From: Owenia fusiformis
Lineage: Eukaryota
Reading direction: 5' to 3'
Length of the DNA stretch: 64,000 bases
NCBI GenBank assembly: GCA_903813345.2
Contig: CAIIXF020000001.1
Location: 38,068,001 to 38,132,000, forward strand
Every line of letters starts with the position of its first letter. Positions within the stretch are counted from its first letter, which is position 1. Positions 52,701 to 63,917 of the stretch are shown here, piece after piece. The position numbers and the translations under genes are program-made. The notes beneath the pieces are model-generated. The model did no database searches. It saw nothing but the letters and a program-made list of their open reading frames with translations, and was not told where the DNA came from.

Positions 52701-53772
52701 GCGATAAACTAATAAGCAGTGGAGGTCTACACAACCTGAAAAAATGTACATCCAAAATCAGGATAATCCGAACACCTCCCAATCTGAACACTTATTTGGT
52801 CCCATTTTTCCTCCCATTACCTCTCATGTTAAAAAAAATGAAGTATGAACACCTCCCAGTTTGAACAATAAACAGTGATATTTGAAATTAACCTGACTAA
52901 CCTGAATACATCTCACAAAATATCACATGTTTCATACAAATAGTTCAAATATTTCAAAGTTTAACACTAATTTGTCAATATCATAATATCAAAACTTTTG
53001 GAAAAAAACTTGAATGGTCTCACTCATCATAATGGGGCTTTCTAGCATGATAAAATTTATTTGAATTGGATTCTCATATAATCGAGATATCAAAAAGCTA
53101 TTTTGTTGATAGGACTAGTATAAACATTTATTGAGAATGTGTTTATCTTTCTTCAAAATCCAGAATCTTGCGAATGCAAAAACCTTGAAATGTGAACACC
53201 TCCTAATCTGGTTCAGGTCCGAAATATGTATATATTTTTCCAAATAATCTTGCTATGTGGTCTTTGATCATTCATTTTTATAGATTCAGATTACATTACA
53301 GAATTAGTGTTTCGATTGTAGTCATATGGGTCATATTTTAAATACTTAGACCTAAATATGATGGGGGTAAAGTAAAGAGATCTAAAGAATAATTAATATG
53401 CCCAAAAATGTGGTATATAGTATTACACATCAGAACTTTAAATACCATGTGGAATTATATGTTACATCTACAACACCTACTGCCAAACTTCAATCCTTCT
53501 CGGGAATGATAAATTGTTTGTTTACATCAACACGTGCTCATGTTTATGTTTTACAAGAGCTTCCGGTTCACAATTTTCCACAAAGTTTTCCGTAAAAATA
53601 TAATGGATTTATATTCTGTATATGGTGGTGATACGTTATTCATTCTTCTTCCGGAGGAATCTTTACCTAATGATCGTGGATACTCTGCTCTTTTAATACG
53701 ATCTATTAACTCATCTTCAGCGCTAAACGAACTTTCTTTTTGAAGATTATTTTCTAGAAGTGTTTCCTCCAT
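27280..53772 (-). CDS. MOCOS: Molybdenum cofactor sulfurase, 950 aa, 14 exons; complement(join(27280..27360,31360..31464,31830..31939,32394..32629,32961..33048,33302..33464,33764..34345,34649..34765,35324..35520,39883..39959,41431..41554,43178..43887,52080..52236,53667..53772))
   Basis: NifS-like PLP domain (YLDHSGATLY, YGNPHS, FTSGCTAALKLVAESF, HTSVVGMR, PAQCNFSG, LDAAS, SFYKIFGFPTG, FGGGTV, FEDGT, LRTGCFCNTGAC, GSIRVSFG) followed by MOSC domain (IYPVKSC-like SVYPVKSCAAF, YDRQWM, SLANESQYLL, RFRANI, CSRCQMVCVDQ, FGIHL); all GT-AG, phases consistent, 2853 nt. Confidence 0.96.
27729..28840 (+). mobile_element. Helentron/HINE-like non-autonomous element, family A (tandem ~163-bp cores + GACG/GACA microsatellite + 3' hairpin)
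   Basis: 5' acaag...aatgtcccc subterminal motif; acaagacttta recurs at ~27807, 27968, 28131, 28298; (gacg/gaca)n at ~28725-28793; 3' palindrome ccccacactatgtggtggggacataa; A/T-run flanks. Confidence 0.85.
28854..29233. mobile_element. Kolobok-like MITE (TTAA TSD, GG terminus, ~48-bp TIR)
   Basis: ttaa|ggtgccattggaagttaacaggaaatggcaaaacaggaagtgacaaa ... tttgtcacttcctgtttcgtcatttcctgttaacttcca..tggcacc|ttaa. Confidence 0.82.
29293..31238. mobile_element. hAT-like non-autonomous element with tcccgcgaa subterminal repeats, 6-bp flanking direct repeat
   Basis: TIR cagagctgtcaa / ttgacagtactg; tataaa at 29287-29292 and 31239-31244; many tcccgc(g)aa repeats near both ends. Confidence 0.72.
29449..30628. 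mobile_element. Nested ~1.2-kb TIR element (MULE-like GG terminus)
   Basis: gggtacaccccagttgtccgaaacccattactccgaa inverted to ttcggagaattgggtttcggacaactgggttgaccc; no clear TSD. Confidence 0.7.
31360..31464 (-). CDS. MOCOS: MOCOS exon 13
   Basis: SMGQCSRCQMVCVDQSSAERSREPLKTLAVTRGKK. Confidence 0.93.
31830..31939 (-). CDS. MOCOS: MOCOS exon 12
   Basis: DLDNLVERFRANIIVD...THSFK. Confidence 0.92.
32394..32629 (-). CDS. MOCOS: MOCOS exon 11
   Basis: VSGVDCGDEVASWLS...SLANESQYLLIN. Confidence 0.92.
32961..33048 (-). CDS. MOCOS: MOCOS exon 10
   Basis: MTSIDVTLQ...LCHSKVCGDR. Confidence 0.9.
33302..33464 (-). CDS. MOCOS: MOCOS exon 9
   Basis: VASWNICSTGLVYDRQWMVVN...QKREARLSLIKP. Confidence 0.93.
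33764..34345 (-). CDS. MOCOS: MOCOS exon 8
   Basis: AGHVCGDDRDIVNGLPTGSIRVSFGYMST...SVYPVKSCAAFQ. Confidence 0.94.
34649..34765 (-). CDS. MOCOS: MOCOS exon 7 (catalytic Cys motif)
   Basis: VDKLAQLYDIHLRTGCFCNTGACQ. Confidence 0.95.
34822..34900. mobile_element. 79-bp GC-rich insertion with 9-bp imperfect TSD
   Basis: ggtcatata (34813-34821) / gatcatata (34901-34909) flank cat...atg CpG-rich segment. Confidence 0.5.
35324..35520 (-). CDS. MOCOS: MOCOS exon 6
   Basis: HTFHLAWY...LRHSN...QGPIVNFNLLRPNGEYIGFAE. Confidence 0.93.
35852..36216. mobile_element. Kolobok-like MITE (TTAA TSD)
   Basis: ttaa|aggggcaacaa ... ttgttgcacct|ttaa. Confidence 0.7.
38889..39708. mobile_element. ~820-bp TIR element, superfamily uncertain
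   Basis: Perfect 17-bp inverted termini aattgctggaattacac / gtgtaattccagcaatt; internal ggtgtaat and aagcgc subrepeats. Confidence 0.72.
39883..39959 (-). CDS. MOCOS: MOCOS exon 5
   Basis: FEDGTVSFLDIIALRHGFDTL. Confidence 0.93.
40847..41110. mobile_element. Degenerate gggcgtagc-type MITE
   Basis: cgggcatagccaggg ... ttcctagctacgcccc imperfect TIR; same architecture as 61939-62121. Confidence 0.5.
41431..41554 (-). CDS. MOCOS: MOCOS exon 4
   Basis: ALLVKN...YFGGGTV. Confidence 0.93.
41682..42399. mobile_element. Foldback element with ~295-bp imperfect inverted arms in MOCOS intron 3
   Basis: aggagggaaattagcgcaacagatttcg...gacacacagttaacc..aggaataagt inverted to acttattcct..ggttaactgtgtgtc...cgaaatctgttgcactaatttccctcct. 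Confidence 0.85.
43178..43887 (-). CDS. MOCOS: MOCOS exon 3 (PLP-binding Lys in SFYK)
   Basis: ILQYLRTNDKEYSVIFTSGCTAALKLVAESF...LSFYKIFGFPTGI. Confidence 0.95.
44965..46834 (+). mobile_element. Helentron/HINE-like element, family B, with ~12 tandem 133-148-bp core units
   Basis: 5' aacatgacaaaatgtcaccacc, tandem aagtcagatttgaatttctgagaacatgtagatgattttgaaaa..gaccttgagaaggtcattgaaggtcaaatgtc units, 21-bp ccgccggacaccaaccaccaa repeats, 3' hairpin atgtcaccactttaggtggtgacat. Confidence 0.9.
48342..48988. mobile_element. Possible degenerate hAT-like element
   Basis: caggg..aatttgtccggatgaat / atttatccgga..caaactcccagccctg weak TIR, atccg subrepeats; TSD not convincing. Confidence 0.35.
51372..51743. 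mobile_element. Foldback MITE with ~120-bp imperfect arms
   Basis: gtccatttcactgttttattaactcagt..gaaatcaaaa..aaaaatatattcatat inverted to atatgaatatattttt..ttttgatttc..actgagtcaataaaacagtgaaatggac. Confidence 0.78.
52080..52236 (-). CDS. MOCOS: MOCOS exon 2
   Basis: DLTYLDHSGATLYS...YGNPHS...DQIRYR. Confidence 0.95.
52766..53211 (+). mobile_element. Second copy of the Tc1/mariner-type element seen at 6034
   Basis: gaacacctcccaat..ggtcccattttt, aaaatatcacatgtttc, ttgaatggtctca, cgaatgcaaaaac..aaatgtgaacacctcct collinear with 6068-6500. Confidence 0.8.
53667..53772 (-). CDS. MOCOS: MOCOS exon 1
   Basis: aagATGG start, MEETLLENN...IKRAEYPRSL G|gtaaag, phase 1 matches exon 2. Confidence 0.85.
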
Positions 53773-53999
53773 CTTGAAAACCCACGTGACTATTGAACTT
53801 TGACCTATATCTAATGAATAGAATATATTCATCCGCAAGATAAATATAAATACGTTTTTGTGTTATAATCCATCGTTTTTTATACGACTCAGTACTGGAG
53901 TGATTTATTAATCATAATTCATATCTTTTTATTGGCTTTAAACAACATGAATCGCATTTATTTTTACTGAAATAATTTAATTTGGAACTATATTCTTAC

Positions 54000-54166
54000 A
54001 TCAGTGCGTATGTAGCGAGCACTTGTCAGTTTGCGCTTAGACTCCTGCATGATTTCCGTTCCTACCGCACACTACCCGCATCCTGCCTAGATTCGACCCT
54101 CTGGACGCACACCCTAGAGATTCTTACCTGCTAAACCCTTTCCAGATCCTTCCTGCAACTCACCAG
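54000..54166 (+). other. Probable non-coding first exon of a divergently transcribed gene (start approximate)
   Basis: GC/CpG-richer segment ending in strong donor CAG|gtatgt at 54166/54167, ~230 bp from MOCOS ATG; no downstream coding exon recognised in window. Confidence 0.45.
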
Positions 54167-54809
54167 GTATGTTAGCCTTTACTTTTAGCCTTTTAACCAA
54201 CTTTTCCTTTAGGTTTTGGTTTATTTTTCCTCCCAATGCTGTGTTGCTGTAAAAACCTGTTTCCCTTATGAACCTGATTTCCTGAACTTGTACATGTTGT
54301 GAAGCACTAATATTTATTTCAGTAACTTACTGCATCTCAGAAACTAGAGTATATCTAGCAGGGATTACGTTAACATGTCAAGGATTGCCATTCATTTGTA
54401 TGCTAATGAATACAAGAAAACTAAAATTGGATGTAATTGTATTGTAAGATCTTGGAAGCTGCTGAGGGAAAACATCTAGGAGATGATCATATTTCGGAAC
54501 CCATCATTGGAAAACAGTTGGGAATTGTTGATTCTTAGAGAGAATATCAGTGCGTATATATATTTGAATTTTTATGTATAAAACTCTTATTTGTATGACT
54601 TATGTCGTTGGCTCTGGTAGTGTAATACTTTAGTATGGGCAATCTAAAGATACAGCAAAGTTTTATAGACATGTTTTATTTATTTTGCGTTATCTTTTAC
54701 CTACATTGAAGGTCTTACATATATGAAGTTTGGTGCTGTGTTTCTATCATGAAACAAAGTGAGACATGTCACTATTATCACTGTGAAACACTTGTGAATG
54801 TTAGCAGAC

Positions 54810-55407
54810 TTACTCACTTCGAGAGCCATGTTAGATTTTGAAACTTATGGCTCTCAAACGGAGAAGTGAACAGCTGATCAATAGTGACCTTTGAAACTGA
54901 ATTAAGTCGATCCGCGGCTTACTTTTGGTCTCTAACTATGTCTTACATCAGTATCATCAATCCGTGTAAGTATTGGAGCGCTGGAGTACTTCTTTTTCGA
55001 TCAAGACTTGTAAATTGTTCATCGAGTTAAAGTTTTACAGACCTATTTCCAATATGGCGGTTTGCTAGGTGCGAGATACGCAACGAACGAAATGAATTTT
55101 GAGAATTAGTTAGGTTCGGACAACCTCCGGAGATTTACGAAAATATCCGAGCAGAAACCGCCATATTGGAATTTGGCAGTAAAAGGATTCACTCGACTAA
55201 CGAATTTCAAGTCTTGATCGAAAAAGAAGTACTCCAGCGCTCCAATACTTACAAGGATTGATGATACTGATGTAAGACACAGTTAGAGACCAAAAGTAAG
55301 CCGCGGATCGACTTAATTCAGTTTCAAAGGTCACGATCATTGAGCTGTCCAAATGCTCCGTGGGAAAGCTATTATATCAAAATCCAAATAGCTTTCGCAG
55401 GAAGTAA
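54810..55407. mobile_element. 598-bp foldback element with 8-bp TSD (TAGCAGAC), TTACT termini
   Basis: tagcagac at 54802-54809 and 55408-55415; arms ~255 bp; core 54884-55010 vs 55208-55334 match at 125/127. Confidence 0.88.
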
Positions 55408-58400
55408 TAGCAGACCATTTGTCACTTAACTTGTTAAAAGTCTTCTTTATTCGTAATAACTCCTTATCTAAAAACATTAATTTCAAAAAGATAAAAATTG
55501 GTCATAAGTTGAAATAATTATTTTTATGCAGTTTATATCTTTGAACTCTAGATTACTTCAGGGTGTTATTTTATAAAACACCAATTAGTTTAAAGAAAAG
55601 CAGACTCTGAACTTGAGGTCAGATGTTTGGTTCACACATGTGAGAAGTCCAACCTGCTTTCTTATCTTTGGTCTTGTTATATCAAATTTACCATATACAT
55701 GTACATGCATAAATTGCTGGTGAATGAGATTTCTATTTCATTCCTTTGACCACATTTTCCTTCTATTCTATTAGAAATCTGAGATTTATAGACCCGAGAT
55801 ATATTTGCTCTAATGATACGCAAACAATATTTGGTGCCCTGGGCATTATTATGATTAGCAAAAAAACTATCTGAGTTTATGTTTAATTTCCTTAGTGGTT
55901 TTAACCAAGGAATGGGGTTACTTTTCTTGATTAATGTATATTGCTGTATTTCTCTGGTATTTCATGAAAGCCTACTCTTTGATAAACCAAGATTGAAATC
56001 ATTAGAATTGTAGATGTGACAGCAGTTGATGAGTGTTGTTGGTCTGGATATAAAGCATGTTTAATAGGGTGCACAAAAGGAAACATTTTCTAGAATACTT
56101 TCCATAATGAGGAGGGGTTAAATAGAGCATTAACTATCAGACGTTTCAAGGGAAAGAATCAGTGATGGATTAAGAATGAGAAGTCGTACAAGGGCAGGAA
56201 GGATATTTTAAGTCGTGATTTAAGAATTTCTCAATAATGTTCTTGGTATTATGCTTCGCTGTTGAAGTGACTTAATGGTGATATATGTTTCATTTGTGAA
56301 ATCAATATTACCTTTTTATTAAATGCCTAGACCTATATTATTAATGATACCTTTTGCGAAATCTTGAAATAGAACAAATAGGTGATCATTTATCTCTCTT
56401 AAGACTCGAGAATATAAAGATTTTAGTGTTCTTTCATCTAAATCGTTATCTCATATGTATATAAAAGGACCATTTTAGCTGTTATTACAATGTGATACCT
56501 TCAGTGACATTTATCAGGTGCCATGCGAATTAAGTTTTTGATATGATTGCATAAAATACTAGACAAAATTAATAAACAAGCTGTTCAAAAATGATAATTA
56601 TATTACATAATATATCCAATTAGTACCTATGCCATAGCCTAGCAGTAATGACATTATAGCTAAGAACATGTCATTTTACTGCTACTTGAGAGTAAAACCA
56701 TTTGGAAACATGAGATCATTTCATTTTCATTTGTTTTATTTGATCATCTCATTAATAAAAAATAACTGAGAGTTGTCTATTGGAGATCCTATGTGTAAAT
56801 CAAGTATAATATGGATTTTCCGTCTAGTAAATGTTATTCCATCAAAATTGGACAGTGTATATTTGCCTTTGTGGGATTGCGTGTTTATTATTAGCTGGTT
56901 AAATATATATGTTATGATTGAATCTATAAAGTATATGTGTATATGGTTCAAGCCCTTTGCTATCTTATTTTGGTAGATATATTCCCTAATTGTAATATGT
57001 TAAATTTGATGACTGCTAGATTGCTCTTCTTCATTTGGTTTTATACTAAGTACTCTCCATTTTATTTTTACAAAACACAAGACCACTTTAAGGCTTTAAA
57101 TATTTTTTCTAGGGTTGATGATTATCCCCATCTAATCTCATAATATACCATCAGTCTGAAATGAAGTCTCCCATCATTGATTTATTTCACTGCTAGAAAT
57201 GATTCGCATTCATCTTTATGATTGCATTTCTACCAATATTCAACTCTACTAGCTTATACCACAGCTTCGGTAGATAAATTATAATTCTAGTAGGGTCAAA
57301 TCTAAATCAGGGTTAATCAATATAGATATACTTCCTTGGGATTTGTCAACTAGTCATGTCTTGTTATAGCTTTGATAGATGAAATATTTGAGAAGTCTGC
57401 CTTTTATTGAACCCCCTCCCCATTTCACCACCTCTAACAAAGGTTCTTTCTCTGGGTAGGGAAATGCACTGGGGGAACAAGAAACCTGATAAAAGATAAT
57501 TTTGTAATATGTTATGAGACAAAAATCTTGAGATTATAATATTAAGTATGTCTGTTTAAATCAGCATGTGTCAAATATAATATTATCAGTGACACATCCA
57601 AAGTCCAGCGTTGTTATCTTGTAGTGAAGAGATAAATATTATAGGTATATTAGGCTGATATAGTGCACGTTATGTTGGATGATCACTAGCTAATGATCAC
57701 ATCTACAAACTCAGAAATGGCTTTGAGTCACTTGACAAATATAAAGTCGGAGTCTTCTATTGATATATGGAACATTGCGTCTGCATTGTTGAAGTACTCA
57801 ACATTGTGCCTGCATTTTGAAGTATTCGCTGTCTGGTATGGTTACATTCCATCAACATATCTTTGGTCAATTTTTAAAGTAAATATGTATGGATTGTCTC
57901 TCCTCCCATGATGTTACTTACTTAAACAGTATAGTTCTGTTATAAGTAGAAGGACTTATGTTGGGCTTGTCAGAATATTTTTATATATAAGAAGATCGAA
58001 GTTACATTAAAAAGGATTGTAATTATAAAAGAAATATCAAACCAAATCCCTTATAATTATATTCCATGAGAATGGTAGATTCAATTCATGCAATGGTCTT
58101 TGTTATATAAGTATATGCTGCAGTCTAAAATCATATTTTTATTCATTTTATTGATTAATATAATATCCTGTCATGCCATCAGAGAGTCTATAAAAGTTAT
58201 AAATCAGTCATGCATCAAATTGCAATACTTATTATCCTATTTTCCAACCTTAATTTGAGAGAAAAAATAGGAGGTAGTCTTGTATATATACTTCTACCCT
58301 TTGCATCATTCAACTTCACTTAAAAGAGAACTAGACTTTGCGTACAGGGTAATATTCACCTCCTCTGCAGGAGGTGGAGTAGATAATGAAGGGGTGGGTC

Positions 58401-61400
58401 CAAAAGACTAAGGGGAAGGCTGCTAGAGCTATATGCTTGAGATCACTGATCAGGCAATCTTTAACTATCATGATTGGAAGTTTTCTGAACTTGTACCTTT
58501 TGAAGTCAAAGATAACCATGTCTTCATTTGACATATTCTTAGTTTATTTATATCAATTACATGACAGCATGGATCATATTCTACAAAATATTTAGGTCTT
58601 AGGTCTTCCCATCTTGGATTGCCAACGTATGAGGCTTCCATAGTTTGAAAAACTGTAGGCGAAGATTAGCTCTTCCCACATAACTTTGCAGTTATTTGAA
58701 TATAAGGATATCATATTGTCTTGTGCTGTCTCCCTTTTCATCATATATAAGAACAGCTCAACCCTCTTTTAGCCTTTGTTAAGATTATAGCCCTATATTC
58801 CTTGAGATTGTTTACTATGTTGAAGACAAACCACAAACTACAATCCCTGTAACTTTTATGACCTCATTTATATTCTGTAGAAAACAGGTTAAAACAAATA
58901 GGAAGTTTGACTGTTAATACGGCTAGAGTTACAGACTATTGAAGATTTATTTACAGGGGGATTTACAAGTGAAGTGTGTGTATATTTACAATGAGGATTG
59001 AACATTTTCATGTATTGCTACAATATGTTTTAACCTCCCACTTCAAATCTGACAATCCTGGTTATTAATTCCCTTGTCTCTCATATCTCATATTGCTTAC
59101 AATGTCTCTGATAAAATTCCTAATTCTCATAAAGTTTACGCAGCAATCTGATGAATTTAGATGATTGATTTAATTGTTTTCATTATTTGATGTTGGAGGT
59201 AGAAAATTGACATTTACTTGTCAGCATTCACTGATGATGTAAGGGTTAGGTCACTTACCTGATGGAAAAGCCTTTCAGCTTTGAAAACCTTCTTAATGTT
59301 ATCTTGAAATCCAGAGAGATTTTTATAGAAAAAAGCTTATGAAAATCCATCTTTGAAGTTAGGTATGATTACATATGGACAGGACATGTCCTTTAGAACA
59401 AAAGAACACTCAGTTTCAATATGATAATTGACATATTGCTAAATCATTGTACGAGTTCATCTGCGAGAATTACTCATCATATCTGACAGACCCTACCTGC
59501 TTTCTTGCAAACCTTTAAAATAATTTCATTTTGGTCTCAGAATTCCATGATTTCTCCTCAGTTTTACCTGTCTTGAATATCATTACAAATAAGAATTTAT
59601 TTTTCAGATTAGTAGGTACATTTTACAGTGAGAACCTGGGGATAAATCAACCTGTATCAAAATATTTTAAAATGTGATCAACAAAACAAATGTTTGGAAG
59701 GAGATTCTAAGATTATTATTAGTTCCAGTTGTATCTGGGCTGGAAGTTTGCTAGAGGGATGATTCTTTCATGTTTTCTCACTATCTGACCTTGGTTAGCA
59801 ACATGTTCTTACTAGAGTAACCTCAATGAATGGATATTCTACTATGTATTTGAGACATGGACCTACCCCCATCTCATACATCATCCCCATTTTCATTCTG
59901 TCCCCATTCTATCCACCCTCCCTGTCTTCCCGATATTCAAACTAAAAAGTGGCTTGAAGCATCTACATATGGAAGATGTTGGCAGTTTTTCCATTTGAAA
60001 CCTTGAAATCATTTGATTGATTAAAATCAAGGAAGTAAAGTTGTAAAGGAAATGAGTTCCTGAACATGTGAAGACACTGATTTATTTCTATGTTGTGAAA
60101 GTAATCAATGTTAAGGGTGTAAATAATAGTATTTTCATCATCTCATCATTTCAGATTGATTATCAATACAAAATCACAGCCAGTATCTAGTTAGTCAATG
60201 TGCGTGTCAGGGACTTTTGTGATGTGGTATAGGGAAGAGTTTGTAATCACTTTAGTGTGCTCTGAAACTCAATTAAGCCCCAGCTCTATGTTATTATGTA
60301 TCAATCAGACATTCCTTACATTGGCTATAATTTGTGCAAAATAGATAGAAAGCAATTGGAAATTCTCGTAAAATTTGAAGAACTCTCGAGTAGATAAATA
60401 TATCTCTTTTTCTTCATCTAATGTTGATATAAATTGATATTGTATTTTTGATACCAGGCTAGGCTATGCAGTCTATCTTGAGTTCTGGTCAGCTGGCGCT
60501 ATGAAACTAAGCTATTGCAAAAGGTAATAAGACTCTAATGCAGCATAAAATAAATGCCCATTTGTTAGCTAAAACAATACAGTTCAGAAAAGAGATATTG
60601 TGCAAAAGCTTCTCATTTTCAGATGTCTTTAATAAGCATAGACTATTGAAAATGTACGTTTTACTCTTTTTTTTATTTTCGTTTTCACTTCTTTAAAACA
60701 GAGCTAAAAAGCGAATTAGCCCTGCCCCTGTAGAGATTTTGAGGCTTGACCCCCGTATTTATAAAAGTCAAGCTAATAAGAGCCCCTTTGTCTGTTTGTA
60801 AAACCGACTCAGTCTGGGTACCAAAATTAACTACCTACAACACTCAGATATTTCATCATCTTGATTTTTCTTGATATCACCTGATGAAGCCTCTGTGTTT
60901 AGCTGAAGGTGTTGAGACAGAGTGAAGGAGGTATGTAGATTAATTAACACAGGGAGTTTAGTGAAACATCCAGCTCTATTGCCTGTATTACATCTTGCTC
61001 ACCCTTGTTCTCTGATTAGAAATCTTGGTGTAATATCAGTGTCTGTTGTATTACAATCCAGATTTTGGTATAGTCTCCTGCATTGCTTGCTTGTGGAGTG
61101 ATATGAAGGTCAGTAATAGGTTCCCCCTTTGTAAATCTTCCAGATTGGTCTTGAATCAATTCCCTTTCTCAAAGTCTGAATAGCATTTTCTATCCATCAG
61201 TATTTTGAGGTTTAGAGGAGGTGTCAAACAAGTACTTAATACAGGGCTATTTTAAGGCGGTCTAAAGTAACATTCACTTGTCCAGTAGAATAACATTGAA
61301 GCACCTTTTTTGATTTCGTCCCTCTCTGCTCTGTGTTAATCATATTTTGGAAGTTATATAAAAATGATCGTGATGGAGAAGTTGAAGTTAACAGTTTTTG

Positions 61401-61938
61401 ATTATAAGCAAACTTAGTATTATATTGGTTGGTTTTGAATATACATTTGCACAGTACTTCTGAATGGTGGAAACCAATTTTCTATTCTAGTATAAATGAT
61501 GGTTTCCCTAAAATCATTTATAGATTTTTGATTATCCTATCATTATGAAGGTTTTTTATCATGAAAGTATATGCTAAATATAAGGATTTATGGTTGTTCT
61601 TTAATAGATATTACCATCTGATCATATGGTGGACTAAACGATCATCATTTCTAACTATGAATAATAAATTATGGATCGAAATCTTGAACAGGGATTAAAG
61701 GGCGCTGTGTTATAAATGAGATTTATTATAGAATCGTGATTACTAAGAAGATATTTCCCAATCTGTATCATCAACTACTCTGCCCGGAAATGAAGATAAA
61801 ACGTGGTTTCCTTGGTAAACTCACTGCTGAGATAACCTCAAATTAGTGCAGTGAAATACTACTGCAGCATGGAAATTGTTTTTATATGTCCCTGAATGAT
61901 ATGGAATACACGTTCTTGGTTTTATTTCTGTCTAGTGT

Positions 61939-62121
61939 CAGGCCCGTAGCCAGGGGGGTGGGTTTGAAGCCCCCCTGGCTCAAAATCATGCAGTTTTTCA
62001 CCAATCTGAGCACTTTTTAAGTGATTTTGGCCATTTTTGAACTACAATTGTCACAAGTGAACCCCCCCTGGAATTTTTCAAAAAGTGAACCCTCCCTTGG
62101 CAAATCCTGGCTTTGGGTCTG
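61939..62121 (+). mobile_element. 183-bp MITE, TIR caggcccgtagccagg, 5-bp TSD AGTGT
   Basis: agtgt|caggcccgtagccagg ... cctggctttgggtctg|agtgt; second partial copy at 20815-20984. Confidence 0.82.
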
Positions 62122-62880
62122 AGTGTGTAGTCGTTCATCTTTTAGAATGATAAACTTTGGTTTTAGACTCTCCTTATACAGTTATAGATTTTATTAAACA
62201 TGTAAAATGTTCTTATATTTGCTAAGTCAATGTAGAGAAATTAAGCTCAGCTGTCACATACATATGTGAACAAATAGATTACGATTATTCTGAGCCACAT
62301 ATTGTTTCACATTAATGCAATCTTTGTAAATTATTATCGATATTTGCAAAAGATATGAAATAGAATTGCTAGGAGTTTTTAGTTTGTTTGTGTTGAATAC
62401 AATTAAAATATTAAACCATTTTTTCTCACGGTCTGGTGATTCTAATTTATTTGATTGTACTTAAACCCATTTGTTTACATAATCCTTATAATATTTCCAA
62501 TTATCTCAATACAGATGATAACATTTGAGGCAAATAATCTCTCTTCGGGATTTAATTGTGCACAAAAAAATATAAATCATCATCAGTTTCATTGTAAGAA
62601 TGTTAGTGTGCTTGTAACAGTCATTCCGAACAGGCTACACAATAATATACCTGGGCCAAATAACTAAATGAAATTACACGAACATGTATGTTTTACAGTT
62701 TTTAAGGCATTTTTACTATTCTTTTATGACCTGTGTAATCCTGGGACTAAGTCTTAAAAGGTTGGAGGCTGGTATTTGTAATTAGATGAAACTCTCTTTT
62801 AAGGTGATAACTATTAAAAAGGGTATGGGAGCATTTAAGAAGGATTGGCAAGCATAGATTCCATATTTGCAGTTAAGAGC

Positions 62881-63213
62881 TACCCTTTGCATTCGTTTGA
62901 CTTCACTTCTTAAAAGAGAGCTTCGTCTTCACTCTTTCAAACTAAAATAAACCTGTGAACTCACCGCACCAATCAGTGTTCGTCGGCCAAATTTGACCGA
63001 CGTTCTATATATGGTTATTCCTTCTGACGTCATTGTTGAGCCCGAAATTCAAGCTCGCCGATTGGTGGAAGAAAGGTCAGCGCATAAGTCAAAAGTGATT
63101 TATTACCCAAACTCAAACTGTCACCGGTACCCATCGTGGGGGCGGGTCCACTAAACTGTAATATGGTCTCTACTAGGCAGAGTGTAGTTTAACTAGACTC
63201 TGCACGCAGGGTA
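62881..63213 (+). mobile_element. Non-autonomous element, TACCCT termini, 9-bp TSD GTTAAGAGC (copy 1)
   Basis: gttaagagc at 62872-62880 and 63214-63222; highly similar to 63539-63917. Confidence 0.9.
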
Positions 63214-63538
63214 GTTAAGAGCAATATTCAGACATTAAAATGCTAATCTTAATAGTCATTTGTAGATACTACATAGTTATTCAGAGAATATTTGTAATTT
63301 TCTTCCAATAATCTATATCTCCAGTAAATCAGGCCACGGTTAAATCTCTCATTCTTTGATTCAAAAGTCAAAGCTTTGTCCTGTTGTCAATGACTTGGGC
63401 ATTAGAATATCACATGCATAATTACCACTCCAATCTTACAGAAGGAGAATGATTAGGGGCCTACATAAAACATTGATTATGGTAAATGAATTGTTAGTTT
63501 TTCAGCTTTGGAATACCAAGTGCCTGTAAACAAAGAAA

Positions 63539-63917
63539 TACCCTTTGCATTCGTTTGACTTCACTTCTTAAAAGAGAGCTTCGTCTTCACTCTTTCAAAC
63601 TAAAATAAACCTGTGAACTCACCGCGCCAATCAGTGTTCGTCGGCCAAATTTGACCGACGTTCTATATATATGGTCATTCCTTCTGACGTCATCGTTGAG
63701 CCCGGAATTGACCAATGACATGCGCATATTTAATAGCATGCATTTGGCCTATGTTTCTTCAAGCTCGCTGATTGATGAAAGAAAGGTCAGCGCGTTGGTC
63801 AGAAGTGATTTGTTACCCAAACTGTCACCGGTACCCGTCGTGGGGGCAGGGCTACTAAACTGTAATATGGTCTCTTCTAGGCAGAGTGTAGTTTAACTAG
63901 ACTCTGCACACAGGGTA
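63539..63917 (+). mobile_element. Same family, 9-bp TSD ACAAAGAAA (copy 2)
   Basis: acaaagaaa at 63530-63538 and 63918-63926; has ~50 bp internal segment missing from copy 1. Confidence 0.9.

Noticed and set aside
55900..58750. Possible highly decayed L1/Tx1-like LINE on minus strand (faint SISILIN, MGDF, WNN-like fragments)
   Set aside because: Only short motif resemblances with many stops; needs tBLASTn/HMM against LINE ORF2 to support.
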